Part shown: piece after piece, positions 7,385-15,259 of the stretch
How the letters are laid out: the number at the start of each line of letters is the position of its first letter
Numbering within the stretch: position 1 is the stretch's first letter
Origin: Solirubrobacterales bacterium
Lineage (GTDB): Bacteria; Actinomycetota; Thermoleophilia; Solirubrobacterales; JBBDJG01
Direction of reading: 5' to 3'
Assembly (NCBI GenBank): GCA_035650255.1
Contig: DASRIA010000045.1
Span: 42,461-106,460, forward strand
DNA: 64,000 nucleotides
Translations under genes and position numbers: made by a program
Notes under the pieces: generated by a model
Databases searched by the model: none
Told to the model about the DNA's origin: nothing
Seen by the model: the letters and a program-made list of their open reading frames with translations, nothing else

Positions 7385-8748
7385 GAGCCCGCCCTCGTGA
7401 CACGGCCACCGGCCTTCTGCCGCGCGGCCTCCACGAGCTGGAGCAGGGCGCCGTCGAGCGGCGGCCCGCTCGCCTCGGCGACCGGGCGGTTGCGCAGGAA
7501 CACGACGCGCACTCCCGCGCCGGCGGCGGCTTCGGCGACGACGTCGACGGCGGCGGCTTTCAGCTCGGTCAGGAACACATCGCACCCATCGCGCAGCGCG
7601 GCCTCGACATCTCGCGCGAGCTCCTCGCGCCGCGCCAGGTTGGTCGAGAGGTGGCGCGGCTTCACGCCCTCCCGGGCCAATCCCTCGACCAGGCTCGTCT
7701 CCGTGCCTGGCCGTGCCGTCACGAAGCATGCCACGCGGGCGCCTTGCTCCAGCGGCTCCGCCGGGCGCGGCCGGAGGGCGCAGCTCACGATCCGCTCGCG
7801 GGGGATCCAGCGGTCGAGGCCACCGTCGAGCTGCCCGCGCAGGGACGGCGCGAGCTCGGCCGCTCCCAGCAGCACGAGCAGGTCGGCGCGCAGCAGCCGC
7901 AGGGGCCCGAGGTGGGAGAGCGCCTGCGCACCGGCGTCCGCGGCCGGCGTCACGCACACCGTCGCGTGCGCGGCCACCGGTGGCAGAGCGGCGCCGCTTC
8001 CCTCCAGCACGATCACGTCCGGTTCTTCCTCGAGCGCCGCGCGCAGCCCCGCGTGGACGTTGGACTCGAAGGTCTCACCCGCCGGGCCCTCCCCGCAGCG
8101 GCGGCAGCCGACGGTGGTCACGCCGGCGAGCACCGCGTCCTCCAGGTAGTCGGACGCGGCATGTCCGCCGGCGCGCGCGATCTCCAGCAGCTCGGCGAGG
8201 CCCGGGCGTGCGGCGGCCCGGATCACGACCGGCTCGGGCGGGCCGCCCCGCCCCATCGAGACCACCACGGTCTCCATGCCGGATTCGCGCAGCAGCGCAG
8301 CGAGGTGAGTGCCGAGCGCGGTCTTGCCGGTTCGCTTGCCGGTCCCGATCACCGCGACAACGGGAACGCCGTCCGTCTCCGGCGCAGGGGCGGCCGGCGG
8401 GGTCAGCAGCATGCCGGGCGCGCGGTACTCCAGCCCTTCGTGCAGTGCGACCGCCGCCAGCTCCATCCGGGCGGCTGGATCGACGACGGGCTCTCCCGAG
8501 AGGTCGACGACCGCCTCCGCTGCGCATGTTCGGGCAAGGGAGCCGAGCGCTGCGCGCACGTCCTCCCCCGGCATCGTCACGTCCCGCCCGTAGTGGGCGG
8601 CCGGATCCGCGAGCACCGCCGGGGGGACCTTCTCCTCGCCGCCGGCGAACAGCACGCCCGCGAGCTCGTGCTCCTCCTGCAGCTTGTCGAGCGCCGCGCG
8701 CGCGACGCCGGGATGGTGCTCGCCGTCTACGAGCGCGATGACCCGCAA
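7381..8748 (-). CDS. cpgS: Cyclic 2,3-diphosphoglycerate synthetase-like (COG2403 family)
   Basis: 455 aa. N-terminus MRVIALVDGEHHPGV. P-loop VVAVIGTGKRTGKTALGTHLAALL. The size and adjacency to a 2-phosphoglycerate kinase-like gene fit the cDPG pathway pair. Confidence 0.7.
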   Translation of the reverse strand: MRVIALVDGEHHPGVARAALDKLQEEHELAGVLFAGGEEKVPPAVLADPAAHYGRDVTMPGEDVRAALGSLARTCAAEAVVDLSGEPVVDPAARMELAAVALHEGLEYRAPGMLLTPPAAPAPETDGVPVVAVIGTGKRTGKTALGTHLAALLRESGMETVVVSMGRGGPPEPVVIRAAARPGLAELLEIARAGGHAASDYLEDAVLAGVTTVGCRRCGEGPAGETFESNVHAGLRAALEEEPDVIVLEGSGAALPPVAAHATVCVTPAADAGAQALSHLGPLRLLRADLLVLLGAAELAPSLRGQLDGGLDRWIPRERIVSCALRPRPAEPLEQGARVACFVTARPGTETSLVEGLAREGVKPRHLSTNLARREELARDVEAALRDGCDVFLTELKAAAVDVVAEAAAGAGVRVVFLRNRPVAEASGPPLDGALLQLVEAARQKAGGRVTRAGS

Positions 8749-8758
8749 CGCGACGCCC

Positions 8759-9544
8759 TCACCCGCCGACTCCCTCCCGGTCGAGGCCGGCCTTCTCGTA
8801 CTCGTGGGGCATCTGGCGGGACCACTCGATGATCGGCTCCTGATCGTCGAACGGATACCGGCGCACGATTCGCACCGAGCTGGGATCGATCTCGATCACG
8901 TTGTAACAGGGGCGGGTGTGACCGCGGAGCCGCAGGGTGGAGACCGTGCCCGTCGTGACCACGAACAGGTCCTCGAGGCGCCATGCGTACGGCACGTGCT
9001 TGTGGCCGGCGAGCACGAGGTCCACCCGCGATCGCAGCAGCACCTCGAGCAGGTCGCCGGCGTCGTAGACGATGTTGCGCTCGCGCCCGGTGCCGGGGAC
9101 GGGCAACAGGTGGTGGTGCAGGACGAAGATGCGCAGGTCGGCCGGGTGGGAGAAGCTCTGCTCGATGTGCTCGTAGCGGTTGCGGCCGATCTGGCCGTGG
9201 TTGAGGTCGGGCTCGGACGAGTCCTCGGCCACGAACGAGACACCGTCGACGTGCAGCGAGGAATGGCGCGGCCCGAACATCTCCTCGAAATGCACGTAGC
9301 CCACGTTGCGCGAGTCGTGGTTCCCGGGGACGACGATCAGCTGCTCGCACTCGATCCGGTCCACGAATTCGCGCGCGATCTGGTACTCGCCGCGGAACCC
9401 GTCCGAGGTGAGGTCGCCGCTGATCACGGTGACGCCCGGCTGGAGCTCGTTGATCTCCTCGATCGCGCGCTCCAGCAGGTCGGCCTGGAAGTGCGGCGAG
9501 CCGCAGTGCAGGTCGGAGATGTGTGCGATGCGAAGAGAGCTCAT
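8759..9544 (-). CDS. Calcineurin-like metallophosphoesterase
   Basis: IAHISDLHCG, VISGDLTSDG, VVPGNHD, VLHHHL, LAGHKHVP. Start chosen at ATG 9544, one nt after the folP-like stop. Confidence 0.8.
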   Translation of the reverse strand: MSSLRIAHISDLHCGSPHFQADLLERAIEEINELQPGVTVISGDLTSDGFRGEYQIAREFVDRIECEQLIVVPGNHDSRNVGYVHFEEMFGPRHSSLHVDGVSFVAEDSSEPDLNHGQIGRNRYEHIEQSFSHPADLRIFVLHHHLLPVPGTGRERNIVYDAGDLLEVLLRSRVDLVLAGHKHVPYAWRLEDLFVVTTGTVSTLRLRGHTRPCYNVIEIDPSSVRIVRRYPFDDQEPIIEWSRQMPHEYEKAGLDREGVGG

Positions 9545-9545
9545 C

Positions 9546-10475
9546 TCAAGGTGTTCCTGATTCACGACTGACTTCCTCTACTTGTTCCCGCCGCAGGCGG
9601 TCGTCAAGCAGCAGGTCGGCCGGCACGGACACATCGCCCCGCAGCGCCGCGCGAACCGCCAGGAAGTCGCGTGTCGCGGCGACGTCGTGCACGCGCAGGA
9701 AGTCGGCGCCGTGGTCGAGCCCGTGGGCGATCGCGGCAAGCGTTCCGCCCAGACGCTCGCGCGGCGCCCTCTGCGTCAGCGCGCCGACGAAGTCCTTGCG
9801 CGACACGGCCAGCAGCACCGGGTATCCCAGCGCGCTGATCTCGTCCAGGCGGCCGAGCAGCTCGATCGTCTGTGCCGGGTCCTTGCCCAGGTCGGGGCCG
9901 GGGCAGACCACCAGCCGGTCCTCCGCGACGCCGGCTTCACGCGCGAGCTCGAGCCGCTCACAGAGGAAGCTCTTCACGTCGTCCACGACGTCGTCGTAAC
10001 GAGGGCGATGGAGCTTTTCCTTCGGGCGCGCGCGCGTATGGGTCACCACGAGCGCGGCGCCGGAGTCGGCGCACACCCCGGCCACGCCGAGGTCGGTCAG
10101 GCCGCTCGGGTCGTTGACCATCACGGCTCCCGCCGCCACGGCGGCGCGTGCGACCGGAGCCTTGTACGTGTCGACCGACAAGGCTGCTCCCGAGCCGGCC
10201 AGGCGCTCCACCAGGGGGGCGACGCGCTCGATCTCCTCGGCCGGGTCCACCGCCGGCTTGTTCGTCACCCCGGACTCCCCGCCCACGTCCAGCAGATCGG
10301 CCCCCTGGGCCAGCAGCTCGCGCCCCCGGGCCACCCGGGCCCCGAGATCCGGGTGGTCGCCGCCGTCGGAGAACGAGTCGGGAGTCGCGTTCAGGATGCC
10401 GACCACGTGCGCAGCGCCGTCGAGGCCGAACTGGCGCTCCCGTGCGACCAGGGTGTGGCCCGCTGCTCTAGTCAT
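9546..10475 (-). CDS. folP: Dihydropteroate synthase family protein (atypical loop 2)
   Basis: GILNATPDSFSDGG, LLDVGGES, VDTYKAPVA, VMVNDPSG, VSRKDF, LRVHDV. The canonical GGESTRPG motif reads GGESGVTNKP here. Confidence 0.8.
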   Translation of the reverse strand: MTRAAGHTLVARERQFGLDGAAHVVGILNATPDSFSDGGDHPDLGARVARGRELLAQGADLLDVGGESGVTNKPAVDPAEEIERVAPLVERLAGSGAALSVDTYKAPVARAAVAAGAVMVNDPSGLTDLGVAGVCADSGAALVVTHTRARPKEKLHRPRYDDVVDDVKSFLCERLELAREAGVAEDRLVVCPGPDLGKDPAQTIELLGRLDEISALGYPVLLAVSRKDFVGALTQRAPRERLGGTLAAIAHGLDHGADFLRVHDVAATRDFLAVRAALRGDVSVPADLLLDDRLRREQVEEVSRESGTP

Positions 10476-10589
10476 CGCATCCGAGGTCGCCTAGCATAGG
10501 ACCGCGGGGCCCGTCCCGGCTCAGAAGCGATCTGACCTTGTGTCGCAAGGTCGGACCGGCGATAGTATTCTGGCTATCAGCGGGGGACG

Positions 10590-11876
10590 GTGGTGACCTG
10601 CCGCAAAGGCCATCCATCAGCAGCGGGGGGCATGGGAGTTCGTAGCGTGAGACGAAGGGGTTTCACCTTGACCGGCGCAAGGCGCCTGGTCGTTTCTGCG
10701 TGCCTGGCGATCGTCGGCGCAGCGCTGCTGCCGGCTGCCGCCGGCGCCCTCCCGCCGCCGTACGACAACTTCCAGTTCAACACCGACTTCGTGCAGCAGA
10801 CCGGGCCCGAGGTGATGGTCTACGACTGGACCACGCAGAAGTGCGAGAACAACGACATCCCCGACCAGTCGGCGCGGGCGTTCCGGGACAACACCGGGAA
10901 GATCAACCTGATCGCGGGCCACTTCACGAACTACCGCTGGCTCGCGGACTCGCTTGACGGTCCCTTCACACACCCGTGCACCGTGATCATGTCGTCGACC
11001 AACAGCCCGGACGTGGCGACGTTCAACTCGCGCGAGTGGATCGCCTCCCCGTGGACTGCCGACGGCGCGAACGTGTACGCGCTGGTGCACAACGAGTACC
11101 AGGGCTCGCAGTTCCTCTCCGGCTGCGGCGAGGGGTACCAGTGCTGGTGGAACTCCATCACCACCGCGGTCTCCACGAGCGGCGGGGCCGGCTTCACCAA
11201 CACGGGCGCACCCGCGCACATGATCGCGACGATCCCGTACCAGTTCACGAAGGACGGCCCGCACGGCTACTTCACGCCGAGCCAGATCGTGCGCACCGGC
11301 GACGGCTGGTTCTACGCCATCTTCCGCGCCAACCCGAAGGGCGCGCAGCAGTTCGGCGACTGCCTGATGCGCACGCGCGACATCAGCACCCCGTCCTCTT
11401 GGCGGGCGTGGAACGGCACCGACTTCTCCACCCGCTTCGCCAACCCGTACATCGAGTCGATCAACCCCGCCGACCACGTCTGCGCGCCGGTCGACTTCGC
11501 GAGCATCGGCCTGATCAGCGAGAGCCTCACCTACAACACCTACCTGAAGAAGTGGATGCTGGTCGGCAACTCCGTGGGCGAGCCGGCTGAAGGCAAGCCG
11601 CCGGGCGTCTACTACGCGCTCTCCGACGACCTGCTCAACTGGACGCACTCGGCACTGTTGATGGAGGCCGAGATCACCTGGGTCAGGGACTGCGTGCTGC
11701 CGGACCCGATCAAGGAGGTCTCGATCCTCGACCCGAGCAGCACGTCGCGCAACTTCACGACCGTGGGACAGACCGCGCAGCTGTTCTACACCTGGTACCA
11801 CATGAGCGGCTGCAACGGCACGCTCGACCGCGACATAGTCCGCGTCCCGATCCAGTTCGTAGACCCGACCCCGTGA
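10590..11876 (+). CDS. Secreted hypothetical protein
   Basis: 428-aa ORF with a signal peptide (RRLVVSACLAIVGAALLPAAAGA; alternative start at 10632). Trp/Tyr-rich globular sequence. The stop overlaps the start of the next gene. No family confidently recognised. Confidence 0.55.
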   Translation: MVTCRKGHPSAAGGMGVRSVRRRGFTLTGARRLVVSACLAIVGAALLPAAAGALPPPYDNFQFNTDFVQQTGPEVMVYDWTTQKCENNDIPDQSARAFRDNTGKINLIAGHFTNYRWLADSLDGPFTHPCTVIMSSTNSPDVATFNSREWIASPWTADGANVYALVHNEYQGSQFLSGCGEGYQCWWNSITTAVSTSGGAGFTNTGAPAHMIATIPYQFTKDGPHGYFTPSQIVRTGDGWFYAIFRANPKGAQQFGDCLMRTRDISTPSSWRAWNGTDFSTRFANPYIESINPADHVCAPVDFASIGLISESLTYNTYLKKWMLVGNSVGEPAEGKPPGVYYALSDDLLNWTHSALLMEAEITWVRDCVLPDPIKEVSILDPSSTSRNFTTVGQTAQLFYTWYHMSGCNGTLDRDIVRVPIQFVDPTP

Positions 11877-13444
11877 TGCACGCCGTCGCCGGGAAGTGCA
11901 ACCGAGCCGGCGTGCGCGTCATGCTCGCGCTGCTGGCGATGCTGATGGCCGCGAGCGTCGTCCCGGCGGCCGCGCAGGCGGCCTTCCCGGGCACCAACGG
12001 CAAGCTCGCGTTCGACAGCTTCCGCAACGGCTTTCCCGCGGACAACGACCTCTACACGATGGCCAACGACGGGACGCTCCAGACACGCATCACCAGCCTG
12101 AACCAGGACGAGCTGAACCCAACCTGGAACGCCAAGGGCGCCAAGATCGCCTTCGAACGCAGCACCGGGCTGCGCACCGACATCTGGACGGCCGTCGGCG
12201 ACGGCTCGAACCGGGTGCAGCTGACGACCGACCCGCGCACCGACGCCCACCCGTCCTGGAACCCCACCGGCACCAAGATCACGTTTGCCAGCGACCGCGC
12301 CGGCACCGCGGGGGTCTTCGACATCTTCGTGATGGACGCCGACGGCACCAATCAGAAGAACCTCACCAACACGCCCACGATCAACGAGAGGGACCCGAGC
12401 TGGTCGCCCGACGGCACCGCGATCGCGTTCTCGCGCGACGGCGACATCTACAAGTTCACGCCGAAAGGCACCAGCCTCAAGCAGCTCACGAGCATCGTGG
12501 GTGTCGAGGACCAGCCGGACTGGTCCCCCACCAGCCACCAGGTCGTCTTCCACAGCTACGCCAACGCAGCGGACGAGCTCTGGAAGGTCAACGCCAACGG
12601 CACCGGCCCGGCTGTCCTGACGACCAACGGCAGCATTCCCGAGGAGCACCCGGTGTGGTCGCCGCAGGGCGACAAGATCGCCTTCATCCGCGGCGCCTTC
12701 AAGGATGCAGAGGTGTACACGATGAGCCCGGACGGCACGAACGTGGTCCGCATCACCAACAACACGGTGATCGACACGTCGCCCTCCTGGCAGCCGATCC
12801 CGTTCGCTGCGACCTTCGTGCGCCCCAAGACGGCGGACAAGGTGCGGGTCGCGCTCGTGCCCAGCTTCCGTCCCTGCAAGACGCCGGACCGCATGCACGG
12901 ACCGCCGCTCGCGCATCCGTCCTGCACGCCACCGAAGCCGTACTCGCGCTACCTGACGATCGGGACGCCGGACGTCAACGGAGCGGGGTCGAACATGGAC
13001 GCGTCCGTGCGGATCGGCGCGATTCCGGGCATCGCCAGCACCCCGGCCGACGAGGCCGATGTGTCCATGCAGCTCAGGATCCAGGACGTGCGCAACAAGG
13101 CGGACCTCACCGACTACACCGGGCAGCTGCGGGTGCGCGCGGAGACGCGGCGCCAGACCGACAAGGAGAACGCCATCGGCGCGGCAAGTCCCGTGGAGTC
13201 CGGAACCAGTGTCGATTCCGCATGGAACTTCACCGTGTCCTGCGTGACGACTGCAAGCACAACGGTCGGCTCGAACTGCAACCTCACGACGACCCGGGAC
13301 GCGATCACTCCGGGGAGCATCAAGGAGAGCAAGCGGGCCATCATCGAGCTGGGCCGGATCCAGGTCTGGGACGGCGGCGCCGACGGCCAGGCTTCGACGC
13401 AGGTCAACGACCTGTTCCTCACGCAGGGGATCTTCGTCCCGTAA
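11873..13444 (+). CDS. Secreted TolB-like PD40 beta-propeller protein with the same C-terminal domain as the 73-1893 product
   Basis: Signal peptide, then repeated PD40 motifs (NPTWNAKGAKIAFE, HPSWNPTGTKITFASDR, DIFVMDADGTNQKNLT, DPSWSPDGTAIAFSRDG, HPVWSPQGDKIAFI). The C-terminal 201 aa are homologous to residues 409-606 of the first CDS. Confidence 0.8.
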   Translation: MMHAVAGKCNRAGVRVMLALLAMLMAASVVPAAAQAAFPGTNGKLAFDSFRNGFPADNDLYTMANDGTLQTRITSLNQDELNPTWNAKGAKIAFERSTGLRTDIWTAVGDGSNRVQLTTDPRTDAHPSWNPTGTKITFASDRAGTAGVFDIFVMDADGTNQKNLTNTPTINERDPSWSPDGTAIAFSRDGDIYKFTPKGTSLKQLTSIVGVEDQPDWSPTSHQVVFHSYANAADELWKVNANGTGPAVLTTNGSIPEEHPVWSPQGDKIAFIRGAFKDAEVYTMSPDGTNVVRITNNTVIDTSPSWQPIPFAATFVRPKTADKVRVALVPSFRPCKTPDRMHGPPLAHPSCTPPKPYSRYLTIGTPDVNGAGSNMDASVRIGAIPGIASTPADEADVSMQLRIQDVRNKADLTDYTGQLRVRAETRRQTDKENAIGAASPVESGTSVDSAWNFTVSCVTTASTTVGSNCNLTTTRDAITPGSIKESKRAIIELGRIQVWDGGADGQASTQVNDLFLTQGIFVP

Positions 13445-13461
13445 CCGGGGCGCGCCGGCCC

Positions 13462-15153
13462 TCAGCTGCGGACCGCGGCCACCTCTGCCACCGTCAGCCG
13501 CTCTGCCCGAACGATCTCCGGCCATGCTTCCGCGGCGCGCTTGACCTGGCGCCTCCCCCAGCCGTGCTCGCGTCCCAGGATGCGGGCCAGCCGGAGGGCG
13601 ATGCCCGGATCGTCGGCGAGCCGGCGCCCCGCCAGGAGGCCGAGGCGGGTGCGCCGCAACAGGATGTCGGCGACCGTCCGCGCCTGCTCGTGGCGCGCCG
13701 CGACGGCCGCCTCGACCAGCAGGTCCGGCATGCCCTCGACGATCGGCTGGGCCAGGTCCGGGTCCTCTCCGCAGATCGACAGCACCTGCTCAGCGAACAG
13801 GCCGTAGCGCGCGGCCAGATGGGCGCGCGAGTGCTCGCCGATCCCGGACGAGTCGTGCAGGGTGGCCGGGTCCACGGGATGGCCGAGCGGTATCTCGTGG
13901 GTGCGGCAGGGCGCATCCCGGAACTCGCGCTCCACCATGCGGTCCACGACCAACTTGGCCATGCGCCGCCAGGTCGTCAGCTTGCCGCCCGTGATCGTGA
14001 TCAGCCCCGACGACGTCTCGTAGAGCTCCGCCTTGCGCGAGATGTCGACGCTCTTCTTCGGATCCGCACTGGAGATCAGCGGGCGCACACCGGCGTAGGC
14101 GCCGGCCAGGTCTCCGGGCCCGAACTCCGTCCCGAAGAACGAGTTCACCGCCGCGAGCAGGTACGCCACGTCGTCCTCGGACACCGGCGGGTGCTCGAGG
14201 CTGCCCTCGTAGTCGTTGTCCGTCGTGCCGACCAGGGTCTGGCCGAGCCAGGGCAGCGCGAAGATCGTGCGGTCTTCGCCCGCGGGCACCACGACTGCCG
14301 CGTTCAGCGGCAGCTGCTCGCGGTCGAGCAGGACATGCGTCCCGCGGCTCGGGCGGATCACGGGGACGTCCTCGTCCTCCTCGCCGTGCAGTTCCTCGGG
14401 GCGGATCCGATCGGCCCACACGCCGGTCGCGTTCACGACGTTCGTGGCCGAGATCGCGAACCGCTCGCCCGACTCGGCTTCCTCGCACACGATCCCGGCG
14501 GCCTTGCCCTGGTCCTCGATCAGCTCCACCGCCCGCGCGCCGTTGACGCACACGGCGCCGAACCGCTCCGCCTCGCCGAGCACGGTCAGCACCAGCCGCG
14601 AGTCGTCCGTCTGGCAGTCGTAGAAGAGATAGCCCGAGGACGGATTGCGCGACGCGAGGGCCGGCACCATCTCGAGCACCTCGCCGGCGTCGATCGTGCG
14701 ATGCCGGTCGGGGCTCCAGTACTCGCCTCCCTCGAGCGCCGCTTCGCGCTTCGCGCGGCGGCGTGCGCGCGGGTTGCGCAGGGACATGACGTCGTACATG
14801 TTGAGCCCCACGCCGATGCGCAGGTCCAGGCGCGCGCCTTCGAGCGCGGGCACCAGGAAGGGCAGCGGCTTCACGAGGTGCGGCGCGAGGCGCACCATCA
14901 GCTGCCGCTCGACCAGCGCCTCCCGCACGAGCCCGAGGTCGAAGTTCTGCAGGTAGCGCAGCCCGCCGTGGACCATCTTCGACGAGCGGCTCGACGTGCC
15001 GCAGGAGTAGTCGTCGCGCTCGACGAGGGCGACCGAGAACCCGCGCGTGGCCGCATCGAGAGCGACGCCGGCGCCTGTGATGCCGCCGCCGATCACCACT
15101 ACGTCGAATGCTTCCTGCTGGAGCGCTGTTAGGGCGTCGGCGCGGGAGATCAT
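13462..15153 (-). CDS. glpD: FAD-dependent glycerol-3-phosphate dehydrogenase
   Basis: FDVVVIGGGITGAGVALDAATRGFSVALVERDDYSCGTSSRSSKMVHGGLRYL and a GlpD-type C-terminal domain. 563 aa. Confidence 0.9.
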   Translation of the reverse strand: MISRADALTALQQEAFDVVVIGGGITGAGVALDAATRGFSVALVERDDYSCGTSSRSSKMVHGGLRYLQNFDLGLVREALVERQLMVRLAPHLVKPLPFLVPALEGARLDLRIGVGLNMYDVMSLRNPRARRRAKREAALEGGEYWSPDRHRTIDAGEVLEMVPALASRNPSSGYLFYDCQTDDSRLVLTVLGEAERFGAVCVNGARAVELIEDQGKAAGIVCEEAESGERFAISATNVVNATGVWADRIRPEELHGEEDEDVPVIRPSRGTHVLLDREQLPLNAAVVVPAGEDRTIFALPWLGQTLVGTTDNDYEGSLEHPPVSEDDVAYLLAAVNSFFGTEFGPGDLAGAYAGVRPLISSADPKKSVDISRKAELYETSSGLITITGGKLTTWRRMAKLVVDRMVEREFRDAPCRTHEIPLGHPVDPATLHDSSGIGEHSRAHLAARYGLFAEQVLSICGEDPDLAQPIVEGMPDLLVEAAVAARHEQARTVADILLRRTRLGLLAGRRLADDPGIALRLARILGREHGWGRRQVKRAAEAWPEIVRAERLTVAEVAAVRS

Positions 15154-15189
15154 CGCTTGGGACTGTAAAGCGTGTGGTTGCGGCGGTCC

Positions 15190-15248
15190 CCCGGAGCCCC
15201 TCCCCGGAGACCGAAAACCGTTTTGAGTCTCCGGTGAGGGGCTCCGGG
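15190..15248. repeat. Long palindrome (copy 2 of the conserved hairpin element)
   Basis: Perfect 13-bp outer stem CCCGGAGCCCCTC/GAGGGGCTCCGGG, a C.T mismatch, inner stem CCGGAGAC/GTCTCCGG, and loop CGAAAACCGTTTTGA. Lies just downstream of the ECF operon stop. Confidence 0.6.
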
Positions 15249-15259
15249 CGCCCGCCTCC

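Noticed and set aside
6392-7957. 521-aa ORF as the full 2PGK gene
   Set aside because: The N-terminal ~190 codons are the alternate frame of the cpgS-like gene and are Arg/Ala/Pro-rich. A GTG at 7384 in a GTGA overlap gives a family-typical ~330-aa protein.
10536-10554. Hairpin GACCTTG-TGTCG-CAAGGTC in the folP / secreted-protein divergent region, as a possible riboswitch or terminator
   Set aside because: It is a short 7-bp stem with no conserved riboswitch core and no U-tract, and it lies between divergent promoters. At most it is an operator, and there is not enough evidence for that.
11896-15132. 1078-aa ORF on the plus strand
   Set aside because: It runs out of frame through the TolB-like gene and antisense through glpD. 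The composition is extremely Arg/Gly/His/Asp-rich and no domain is recognisable, while both overlapped genes have clear family motifs.
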